64,000 nucleotides of DNA from assembly GCA_965662895.1 (NCBI GenBank), contig CBFIJH010000003.1, positions 61,150 to 125,149 of the forward strand, read 5' to 3'. The position numbers and the translations under genes are program-made. The notes below the pieces were generated by a model. It worked only from the letters and a program-made list of their open reading frames with translations. It was not told where the DNA came from and ran no database searches. Positions within the stretch are counted from its first letter, which is position 1; each line of letters opens with the position of its first letter. The DNA comes from Candidatus Poseidoniaceae archaeon. Its GTDB lineage: Archaea; Thermoplasmatota; Poseidoniia; Poseidoniales; Poseidoniaceae. Shown here in pieces: positions 55,934-64,000 of the stretch.

Positions 55934-57925
55934 TTAAAACAGCGAGAGAATATCGCTGAACACCGTCTTTGCGTCGCCAGTCGATCGCTCCACCAAACGT
56001 CGGACAATGAGTTCTGGAGTTGAGCGAGCCAAGCAGTTTCGTTTTGGTGTTCGGTCCACAATCAACTCAAGGTGTTCATCCAATCCTTTAGCTTCAATCC
56101 CATCAATTCGCAACGCATCACCACCGTAAGCCTCCACAATTGCAGGGGCAAGGTGTGTGACGAGAACCATACTTGAATCGGGTTGTTCGTTTGCCGCACG
56201 TAACATTCCAGCAATGATTCTCGCACCGGCACCGGGTTCTGTAATTGCCTCAAGTTCATCAGCGAGAATCAGTTTAGGTTGTGGATTGCTGACAACTTGG
56301 GCGAGGTCGACCAAGGTTGTTTCAAGCGCTCCAGCGCTTTGCGTTCCACTTGACTTTGCGAGAACATGCAGAGCATCAACACGTCCAACAAGGGCAGTCT
56401 GTGCAGGTACGGGTAGTCCCATGTGTGCCAAAATGGTAATGTGTGCAACCAACTCCAGAAGCGTGGTTTTACCACCACTGTTGGCGCCCGTGAGAAGGGC
56501 TATTGGTTGCTGATCACCTTTCGGCGCAGCGAGTCCCAATCCGTAATTGACGGGTTGGACTTCACCATCGATGAAGAGATGTCGCCCGTGTTCAAACCAA
56601 ATGCCATGGTGAACCAAATCAGGTAGTCGCGCATTGTGATGCAATGCCCATGCTGCTATGCTGTACCACATGTCGTGTTCAATCAGGCGCTGGATAGCTG
56701 TTTCACACAATGGTTTGAGATCGGCGAGTTTTGTCGCTAATCGGAGCAGGTGTTCGTTCCGACTGTCGTTGATTCTTCGCTCGAGTTCCTCATTGAGTTT
56801 ATCCAAAACAGAACGATTGAATTTCACGGGCCAGTTTGATGCAAAGAGGTCGAATGGTGATTGAAGCCCACCGGGCTCAAGGAACGATGAGAATTCGCTA
56901 CGCCCTTGCTCAAGGATGTCTGTGATAACATCCTCAGTTGCGGATGCAAGTTTTCTTTGGAACGTGGTCGCATCTGCAAGCGCTTCAAGCATGTCGGAAC
57001 CCGTCAAATCAAGCGTTGCAGTTTCCATTCCCGCCGAGATTCGTCGATTCAAATCCTCCTCCATCTGCTTTGCCGTGCTCCAAAGTTCGTCACGAATCGA
57101 TTCCATGGTTTCAACATCCGCTGAATTGCCCATCATTGCAAAGACGGTTGCGAGTTGCTCCAATCCATTGGTTTCATCAAAGATCGATTCCAATGTGGGA
57201 TGGATTGTTGTACCTTGCTCAATTCTCCACTGCATCAAGTCGAGAATCACCTTCAGCGTCTTTTTGTTGTTCGTAAACCAATCGAGTGTAAATTCGGGAA
57301 CCATGACATCGGATCGACTGTTTTCAGGCAGGTTCAGCCAACCCGGAGGCAAATCCTCTGGACCATGACGGCCAACCCATGTCACGGTTTTGAAAACGGT
57401 GTAATCCTTCCACGATTCTTGGGCACTAGGTGTGAGGATACGTACATGTTGACTCCATTCAGGATGCTCCAATTGACTGACGATGACTCGTTCATAACGT
57501 TGGGTTGGTCGACGAGTATAATTCAAGTTCTTGAAGAGAGTTCGGAGATGCGCAAATTCTTCTGGCGCTTCCTGAGCAAACAGCAACATTTGACGACAAC
57601 GAATTCTGCGTTCATCGATTTGATGGCAAGGCATCAGCATTTGCATTCGAGATGAGCTTGCTTTGTTTGATGCAAAACCCTGCATTTGTGTGATAAGTTG
57701 TGCATGCAATTTTACAGCCTCTGTGGTTGCAAGAAACGATGTTTCTGCCCCATTGTATTCTCTCGCAAGGGCAAGAGCACGCTTGACCGAAATTCCTTCG
57801 ACCTCTGCAATTCGCGAGATGTCCCCCGATTCGAGCGTTTTTAGGAGTTCTTGACGTCCTCCAAAATGCGAGTCCAATCGCTTCATCAATCTCTCGCCGA
57901 TACCCGGTAAGTTCGTGAGCACCAT
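55934..57925 (-). CDS. Archaeal MutS-related ATPase with N-terminal HhH (MutS5-like)
   Basis: LPGIG HhH, TGANSGGKTT, SAGALE, DELEAITEPGAG and VTHL. Confidence 0.88.
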   Translation of the reverse strand: MVLTNLPGIGERLMKRLDSHFGGRQELLKTLESGDISRIAEVEGISVKRALALAREYNGAETSFLATTEAVKLHAQLITQMQGFASNKASSSRMQMLMPCHQIDERRIRCRQMLLFAQEAPEEFAHLRTLFKNLNYTRRPTQRYERVIVSQLEHPEWSQHVRILTPSAQESWKDYTVFKTVTWVGRHGPEDLPPGWLNLPENSRSDVMVPEFTLDWFTNNKKTLKVILDLMQWRIEQGTTIHPTLESIFDETNGLEQLATVFAMMGNSADVETMESIRDELWSTAKQMEEDLNRRISAGMETATLDLTGSDMLEALADATTFQRKLASATEDVITDILEQGRSEFSSFLEPGGLQSPFDLFASNWPVKFNRSVLDKLNEELERRINDSRNEHLLRLATKLADLKPLCETAIQRLIEHDMWYSIAAWALHHNARLPDLVHHGIWFEHGRHLFIDGEVQPVNYGLGLAAPKGDQQPIALLTGANSGGKTTLLELVAHITILAHMGLPVPAQTALVGRVDALHVLAKSSGTQSAGALETTLVDLAQVVSNPQPKLILADELEAITEPGAGARIIAGMLRAANEQPDSSMVLVTHLAPAIVEAYGGDALRIDGIEAKGLDEHLELIVDRTPKRNCLARSTPELIVRRLVERSTGDAKTVFSDILSLF

Positions 57926-57949
57926 CGCTCCACATCGATTGTCAAGGGC

Positions 57950-57970
57950 TTTTGAGGATAACCCTCAAAA
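57950..57970. other. Inverted repeat TTTTGAGG-N5-CCTCAAAA (terminator or operator)
   Basis: 8-bp perfect arms between the lipoprotein stop and the MutS-like start. Confidence 0.45.
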
Positions 57971-57975
57971 TGTGG

Positions 57976-59379
57976 TCATTCTTGATAATCCGGTAGGTTG
58001 AGTTCAACGGCAAACAGAGGGTCAACATGCGTCGAATCATGATAAGCAACGACAACACCTCCATCACGAAGGATACCTAAACTGGCAAAATCAAATCGAA
58101 TATCGTTTCCAGCTCCAGATGTTGAATCGAGGTCGCCCTGCCCGATGTATGTGAGTGTGTCTGGCCTGAGGTCTTGGCTGTATTCCCTCGTGTGGAAGAG
58201 CACATCAACATCTGGCCCATCGCTCGATTGGTATCGTACATTAAGCACGAAAAGATCGTGCTCACCGTTGGCTTGGAATTCCCATTCCTCGATGCTGGAA
58301 GCAGCGTCTCCGAGATCGTAGGTGTAATTGTTCCAACTCACTGCACCATCCGTGGAGGAGTAGTGTGTAAAGGAAGTACCTGAGTTCGCAACACAGTGAA
58401 TTGTTCCTGTCATGTCGATGTGGCAATACTCACTTGGGAACTGCACGGCCAACTCGTTCCAAGAAAGCGTGGTATCAAGAAACGCAGCGTTACCATTGTC
58501 GAAGTATTGTGGAAACAGCAGACCTCCACTCGGAACTGCAAATGCTCGCATCTCTTTGTGCGGCTTGTTGACGTCCCAGTGAAAATCCAACGATGCGTTG
58601 GTAAAGTCGAGGTCGACTTCGATATCGGGTTGTGAGGATGAACGTCCAGGGAATTGGATTGGATAGTAATTCAAACCATCCACTGAGATTTGCCCCCCAG
58701 CATTTTGCGACTGATGCCAGAAATTGGAAATAACCAGCGATGCCCATTCACCGTCGCCGATGCTTGAAGAAATTGGTCCAACAACTTCAACTTGCCAACT
58801 TCGATCGTAAAAGGGCTCTGTGATTCGGTTGTAACACCACTTCCATTCCATTTCAGAATCATCGTAGAGGATTGCATAGAACTTGTCGAGTTTCAGGTCA
58901 CCCCCCACGTAAGGGAACCACGACATCGAAATGATGTCTCCATTTGTTGCTTGTACGATGCTGCCCTCACCAAGACCTTCCGTGCCAGGGTTGGTTGGAA
59001 CAAAGGTTCGGCATTGCAAATCGGGAGTAACGCCCGGAATCCATGTGTCCCAGTCGTGGCCTCTGTCGACCGACCAAACGGGATATTCTCCTCCGATATT
59101 CAAGATTGAACCTGAAATGGTTGTTGCAATGTAATGCTCACAGCAGTTCCCTCCCTTTGATTCATCGAAGACCGCCCACGTCATGGTGGTTGTCTCATTG
59201 GTTCGCAGGTCAACGGTCATGAATTCACGTGGAGATTCATGTGGCTGCTCATCGATGAGGACGTACTCTTGCCATGCTGGTTGGATTTCCTCGGTTTTTA
59301 CAACGGTTTCTCCATCACCATAACATCCCGCTAGAACCATGCTGAGAACCAGCATGACGGCGAGAAATCCTCTGCGCAT
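57976..59379 (-). CDS. Lipoprotein with Asp-box (BNR) motifs, putative beta-propeller
   Basis: Lipobox LAGC, plus SVDRGHDW and STDGAVSW Asp-box-like motifs. Confidence 0.7.
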   Translation of the reverse strand: MRRGFLAVMLVLSMVLAGCYGDGETVVKTEEIQPAWQEYVLIDEQPHESPREFMTVDLRTNETTTMTWAVFDESKGGNCCEHYIATTISGSILNIGGEYPVWSVDRGHDWDTWIPGVTPDLQCRTFVPTNPGTEGLGEGSIVQATNGDIISMSWFPYVGGDLKLDKFYAILYDDSEMEWKWCYNRITEPFYDRSWQVEVVGPISSSIGDGEWASLVISNFWHQSQNAGGQISVDGLNYYPIQFPGRSSSQPDIEVDLDFTNASLDFHWDVNKPHKEMRAFAVPSGGLLFPQYFDNGNAAFLDTTLSWNELAVQFPSEYCHIDMTGTIHCVANSGTSFTHYSSTDGAVSWNNYTYDLGDAASSIEEWEFQANGEHDLFVLNVRYQSSDGPDVDVLFHTREYSQDLRPDTLTYIGQGDLDSTSGAGNDIRFDFASLGILRDGGVVVAYHDSTHVDPLFAVELNLPDYQE

Positions 59380-59386
59380 GGTCGGG

Positions 59387-60154
59387 CTATTCCTCTGCCA
59401 TTTTCAAATCCTTGCAAAGTTCGTTAAACATACGCAGTCCGGTCAGAGTATGACTTCCAAACCACGTCAAGGCTTCACCATCGATGCATTGCGTCCAAGG
59501 TCGTTGGCCGCCAATTTCTTCAACAGCGTTGGCAATTTCTTCCCCCTCCTGCTTTGAGAACTCATGCGGTTCGCTTGAGAGCAGCAATCCTTCAACCGAA
59601 TGCGATGTGATGTGTTTTGGTGTCACCACAGGATAACCGTTCCCATCTGGCTCGATGTCGGGTACCTGAAATCCACACGTTTCAAGCAATGCTCCTGCGT
59701 ACTTCTTGGGAGACACTGCCATGAGTGGGTCGTGCCAAATCATCGGTAAGACCACCGGGCCTTGTTCTGAGTCCATGCAGTGGATTTCATTGGAGATTGC
59801 TTCAGCAAGCATGCTCGCCTTTTCCAACCGATTCAATCGTTGGCCCAGTTGCATCAACATTTCGGGAACGTCGCTCGGTCGCTCGACAGTGCTCACAAAG
59901 GTCTCGATACCAAGTTTGACAAGTTCGTCATGAATTTGTTTTGGGTTTTCTTCACGATCGAGAATGACCAGATCAGGTTGAGCGTTTCGTATCTTTTTCA
60001 GATTCGGCGTCTTCGTTCCACCTACAATTGGGATTGCTTTCACGAACGATTCTGGATGGATGCACCACGGTGTTCGACCAACAACATGAGAAGCATCAAC
60101 GCCCAAATCCGCAAGCGTTAGCGTAAGACTTGGAACGAGCGAAACCACCCGCAT
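59387..60154 (-). CDS. BtuF-like helical-backbone metal/cobalamin-binding protein lacking a signal peptide
   Basis: RVVSLVPSLT, VVGRTPWCIHP, VGGTK.PN, PDLVI..EEN and SSEP. Confidence 0.85.
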   Translation of the reverse strand: MRVVSLVPSLTLTLADLGVDASHVVGRTPWCIHPESFVKAIPIVGGTKTPNLKKIRNAQPDLVILDREENPKQIHDELVKLGIETFVSTVERPSDVPEMLMQLGQRLNRLEKASMLAEAISNEIHCMDSEQGPVVLPMIWHDPLMAVSPKKYAGALLETCGFQVPDIEPDGNGYPVVTPKHITSHSVEGLLLSSEPHEFSKQEGEEIANAVEEIGGQRPWTQCIDGEALTWFGSHTLTGLRMFNELCKDLKMAEE

Positions 60155-60163
60155 TCTTCTCCC

Positions 60164-63100
60164 TCAACGCTCGTGGACGCGGTATGCGATTTCAGCACCG
60201 TCAACATCGAAGGATTCAGCATCTTTGGGCGGTTGATCGGAAGTGAATGTCATCCCTGATGCTCTCGTTTCCTTAGCGATCCAGTTTTGGTCTTCTTCGA
60301 AAAGCTCAGGGGCATTGTTCATCCAAATTTCAACATCGATCATGGATTCGATGGCCAAGTCCATGTCTTTCCTCTTGGACTGAATCCGACGTGTAATGTC
60401 GCGCGCAAGACCTTTCGAAAGAAGATGAGGTGTATCTTGCATGTCGAGAACCAAGCTTACGTGGGATGTGTCATCGCCCTCGCCGACGGTTATGGTGGAA
60501 GCTGCGTATCCTTCTCGCTCCGCACGTCGAATTTCAACATCCGATTCTAAGATATCAACGCCCATGATGGTGCATGAACCGTTTTGGATGTCAGCAAGCA
60601 GCGCCTCGGGATCCGGATGGTTCTTGATTTGGCCAGCAATGGCATTGACGTCACCTTTTGCTCGCGGAGCCAAGGCACGGAAATTCACACCAAGTTCAAC
60701 TCGCTGGAATCGGTCAAGGTCGTTTTCGACAGCGATGTTTTCAACGTTCAATTCTTCGCACAACAGGTCATGATACGGTTCCAAGTTCGGTCCAGCAACA
60801 ATCCAACCTTCAGCACATGGGAGTCGCTGCCGGCGTTGAGCATCAATTCGAATCCGACGACCGGTTTCAGCAAGTTCACGAACAAGTTCCATCTCATGCT
60901 CTAGGTCAGCATCATGTGGAGGAAGTTGTTGTGTTTCTGCGACGAGGCTTTCGTCCCATGCATCGGCTGTCGCACCTTCAGTCGAACCAGGTGTCCCAAG
61001 CGGCCACGCTGCAGTATGAACGGTTGTTCCAGTAAGGTTTCGGTGGATGGTGTCAACCATGAACGGACTGACTGGAGCAATGAGTCGGCACACCGTAACG
61101 AGAATTTCGTGCAGGGTGTGTTGGCAGGCAAGTTTGTCGCCAGATTCAGCCTCATCCCAAAGTCGACGTCGGCTTCTGCGTACGTACCAATTGGAAACAT
61201 CGTTAACTATGAAATCCTCGAGTTCACGACATGCTTTGTGGAAATTCCAATTGGTGAATCCTTGATGATATGCCTTGGCTGTCGAGTGAAGTTTGGAGAG
61301 AATCCAGCGGTCAAGTCGTGGTCGTTGCTCAACTGGCGATATTGCGTTCGTTGGGTCGAAGGAATCCAATGCAGCATAGTCGGCATGGAATCGGTAAATG
61401 TTCCAAAGTGTCAAGAACATCTTGGCATAGGTTTCGCGAACTCCGTTTGAGTCAAATTTGAGTGGATTCCAAGGTGCACCTGCTGTGACCATGTACCAAC
61501 GCGTTGCATCTGCGCCCTCACGATTGAAATGATCCCAAGGGTCCACGATGTTCCCTCTCGATTTCGACATTTTCTTCCCTTCCGCATCGAGAATGAGTCC
61601 AAGCGAGAGACAGCGCTTGTAGGCGGGCGAATCAAAAACGGTTGTCGAGACAGCAAGAAGAGTGTAGAACCAACCACGTGTTTGGTCAACTCCTTCGCAG
61701 ATGTAATCAACAGGGAATGAAGAATCAAACGTCTTGTTTTCATCGAACGGGTGGTGCCATTGGGCGAACGGTGCACATCCAGAATCAAACCAGCAATCCA
61801 TCACAAAGGGCTCACGGCGCATTGGTTTACCATTGTCTGAGACAAGGGTGAATGCGTCAACGACAGGGCGATGCAAATCAACATCATCTGGACAATCAGG
61901 GTTTTCAATTCCTGCTGCAATAGCCTTGGCAACCTCTTGTTGCAGTTCTGAAATGGAACCAATGCATTTCATGTTTCCATCATCATCTCTCCAAACTGGC
62001 AGTGGTGTTCCCCAGTATCGTTCTCTTGAAATGGCCCAATCTTTGACGTTTCGTAGCCATTCACCAAATCGTCCTTCTCCAACCCAATCTGGGGCCCACT
62101 CCACATCATCGTTGAATTCAAGCAACCGGTCTTTGACGGCTGTCATTCGAACAAACCATGAGTCCATGGCATAGTAGAGGAGGGGATGATCGGTCCTCCA
62201 GCAGTGTGGGTAGTCGTGGAGGTAACTTTTCTCCCGATAGAGCAGGCCGGACTGGACAATATCGCTACGGTTAATCAGGATGTCCATGACCGAATCATCG
62301 CAAGATTTGACGTATCGTCCATCGAGTTCAGGATGGACTCCATCGACGAAGTTACCTTCCATGTTGACGGTGTGATAGGCTGGCAATCCAACCTCCATTC
62401 CAAGATGATAGTCGTCTTCACCGTACATGACCGCTGTATGGACAACACCTGTACCATCGGTTGTTGTGACCCAATCTGCGGACAAGACCGTCCATGCTGT
62501 GGTTGACTCACCGCGAGGTACTGCATCAGGGAAGAGTGGCTCGTAGGATTTCCCAACCAAATCTGAGCCTCGAATCTCTTCGAGAACATCGACATGGTGG
62601 CGAAGAACTTCGCCCATCAAGTCCTTTGCAAGAATGAGCTCTTCGCCGACTGAAGCCCCCCCTCGTCCTTGCCAACCTTCAGGTTCTTCTCGAATTTGAC
62701 AGCGAACATACGTAACATCGGGACCAACTGCGAGGCCAACGTTTCCTGGAAGCGTCCATGGTGTTGTCGTCCAGGCGAGAATGGATGCAGAATCATCAAC
62801 CAGCTTGAATTTCACATACACCGAAGGTTCCTCGACTTCCTTGTAGCCCAAGGCCACCTCGTGACTAGAATAGGACGTCCCGGTCTGTGGGCAATATGGC
62901 AAAACCTTGTGTCCCCTGTACAGCAAATCTTTGTCGAACATTTGTTTTAACGCCCACCAGCATGATTCGACGTAGTCGTTGTGGAGCGTGACGTATGGGT
63001 TGTCCAAATCAACCCAGTAAGCCATGCGCTCTGTCATCTCACGCCAAGCGCTTTCGTATGTCCAAACGCTTTCTCGACACGCATCGTTGAATGCTTGCAT

Positions 63101-63439
63101 GCCGAAGTTCTCAATGGCTTCATTGCTCATGAGATCGAGTCGTTTTTGCACCTCAATTTCGACCGGAAGACCGTGTGTATCCCATCCACCTTTTCGTTCA
63201 ACGAGAAAACCTTCCATGGATTTCCATCTGCAAACAAGATCCTTGTAGGCTCGAGCCACGACGTGATGAATTCCGGGCTTTCCGTTCGCAGTAGGCGGGC
63301 CTTCGAGAAAGATAAATGGCGCACCGTTTCGATTGGAATCGATGGACTGCTGGAAGGTTTGTTCCTTCTTCCACGTTTCAAGAAGCGCCGTTTCAAGTGC
63401 AACAGCATCAAGGTCACCGGCGGGACTTGGTCGAACCAT
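60164..63439 (-). CDS. ileS: Isoleucine-tRNA ligase, IleRS2 type, with GIHH signature
   Basis: EGPPTANGKPGIHH, GWDTHGLP, WTTTPWT, DWAISRERYWG, DQTRGWF and KMSKS. Confidence 0.97.
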   Translation of the reverse strand: MVRPSPAGDLDAVALETALLETWKKEQTFQQSIDSNRNGAPFIFLEGPPTANGKPGIHHVVARAYKDLVCRWKSMEGFLVERKGGWDTHGLPVEIEVQKRLDLMSNEAIENFGMQAFNDACRESVWTYESAWREMTERMAYWVDLDNPYVTLHNDYVESCWWALKQMFDKDLLYRGHKVLPYCPQTGTSYSSHEVALGYKEVEEPSVYVKFKLVDDSASILAWTTTPWTLPGNVGLAVGPDVTYVRCQIREEPEGWQGRGGASVGEELILAKDLMGEVLRHHVDVLEEIRGSDLVGKSYEPLFPDAVPRGESTTAWTVLSADWVTTTDGTGVVHTAVMYGEDDYHLGMEVGLPAYHTVNMEGNFVDGVHPELDGRYVKSCDDSVMDILINRSDIVQSGLLYREKSYLHDYPHCWRTDHPLLYYAMDSWFVRMTAVKDRLLEFNDDVEWAPDWVGEGRFGEWLRNVKDWAISRERYWGTPLPVWRDDDGNMKCIGSISELQQEVAKAIAAGIENPDCPDDVDLHRPVVDAFTLVSDNGKPMRREPFVMDCWFDSGCAPFAQWHHPFDENKTFDSSFPVDYICEGVDQTRGWFYTLLAVSTTVFDSPAYKRCLSLGLILDAEGKKMSKSRGNIVDPWDHFNREGADATRWYMVTAGAPWNPLKFDSNGVRETYAKMFLTLWNIYRFHADYAALDSFDPTNAISPVEQRPRLDRWILSKLHSTAKAYHQGFTNWNFHKACRELEDFIVNDVSNWYVRRSRRRLWDEAESGDKLACQHTLHEILVTVCRLIAPVSPFMVDTIHRNLTGTTVHTAAWPLGTPGSTEGATADAWDESLVAETQQLPPHDADLEHEMELVRELAETGRRIRIDAQRRQRLPCAEGWIVAGPNLEPYHDLLCEELNVENIAVENDLDRFQRVELGVNFRALAPRAKGDVNAIAGQIKNHPDPEALLADIQNGSCTIMGVDILESDVEIRRAEREGYAASTITVGEGDDTSHVSLVLDMQDTPHLLSKGLARDITRRIQSKRKDMDLAIESMIDVEIWMNNAPELFEEDQNWIAKETRASGMTFTSDQPPKDAESFDVDGAEIAYRVHER

Positions 63440-63535
63440 GAATCGCCAAATGCGCCGTTGTTTTCAATCTCTCCCTCAAATAACAGCAATTGAATGGACT
63501 GACACATTCAAGTCCTTTGAAAACTAGGGCAGCGT

Positions 63536-64000
63536 ATGGCCGGCTCTTCCAATGGACGAGGCATTGCCCTGTTCGTTTTGTTTTTGTTTGTAGCAAGCCC
63601 GTACACGACCCTTGTACCTTCCGCTCCTGCCTCAATTCTCGGGGAGTCAATACCGGTAAGATTTGTCTCTCAAGGAACGCCCGTAACCGTTGATATTCGC
63701 CCTGGCCAGACAAGTCAATCGCCTTTCGAACTTGACCTGCCATCAGGAAGCGGAGCGATTACCGCACTTGATTTAAACGTCCAGTCAGCAACAATGGAGA
63801 ATTCACAGTCCCTGCTCTGGGAAGGTGATGCGGCATGGAACCACCCAGATGCCGTGAAAAACAACACATTTTCTCAATCTGGTATTTTGACACGCGATGG
63901 ATCAGCCCCTGACTATGATTTCAACAACGGACTTCAGGGTTGGACTGTTTCCTCAGCAACCTATGTTGGTCGATACACGAATAATTCGTGCGGTTACAAT
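63536..64000 (+). CDS. Secreted protein (partial, runs off the right edge)
   Basis: Own translation: MAGSSNGRGIALFVLFLFVASPYT...YDFNNGLQGWTVSS..., open to the window end. TTCAAG at -29. Confidence 0.8.
   Translation, partial: MAGSSNGRGIALFVLFLFVASPYTTLVPSAPASILGESIPVRFVSQGTPVTVDIRPGQTSQSPFELDLPSGSGAITALDLNVQSATMENSQSLLWEGDAAWNHPDAVKNNTFSQSGILTRDGSAPDYDFNNGLQGWTVSSATYVGRYTNNSCGYN

Noticed and set aside
1-64000. CRISPR arrays, tRNA/rRNA, transposases, integrases, defence systems
   Set aside because: No regularly spaced repeats, no intergenic room for RNA genes, and no such protein motifs were seen.

Overview
Gene-dense window (moderate GC, short intergenic spacers) from an archaeon, most likely Marine Group II (Ca. 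Poseidoniales). The evidence is archaeal TBP, Csl4, NMD3, mevalonate kinase, PGI/PMI and a KaiC-like ATPase, together with giant membrane-anchored PKD/CARDB/subtilase exoproteins and bacterial-type catabolic genes. About 45 CDS; no rRNA, tRNA, CRISPR or mobile element was seen. Highlights: (1) an exosome cap subunit Csl4 fused to two canonical RRM domains, with a hairpin 5' leader, in an RNA-metabolism cluster (Q-rich zinc-ribbon protein, METTL5-like methylase, radical SAM-HhH protein); (2) a window-wide variant TATA element (TTSAWR) placed 29-30 nt before start codons, implying leaderless mRNAs, alongside a TBP with a ~20-aa insertion whose own promoter is canonical; (3) a conserved cytoplasmic tail module GPPLPxxGLPxGWTxEQWxxYGxQ(W/Y)L and Pro-rich tails on surface proteins; (4) a fused CcmA-CcmB plus ccmC and an unannotated ccmD-like gene, with no ccmEF in the window; (5) IleRS2 with the non-canonical GIHH signature; (6) NiSOD with SodX, SMUG1, IcmF and a DRAM/Frag1-like protein. 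All family assignments come from motif recognition by eye, not database searches. The ORF track mislabels the strand of 20889..21503 (it is +) and misses three short or edge genes plus one candidate small ORF.
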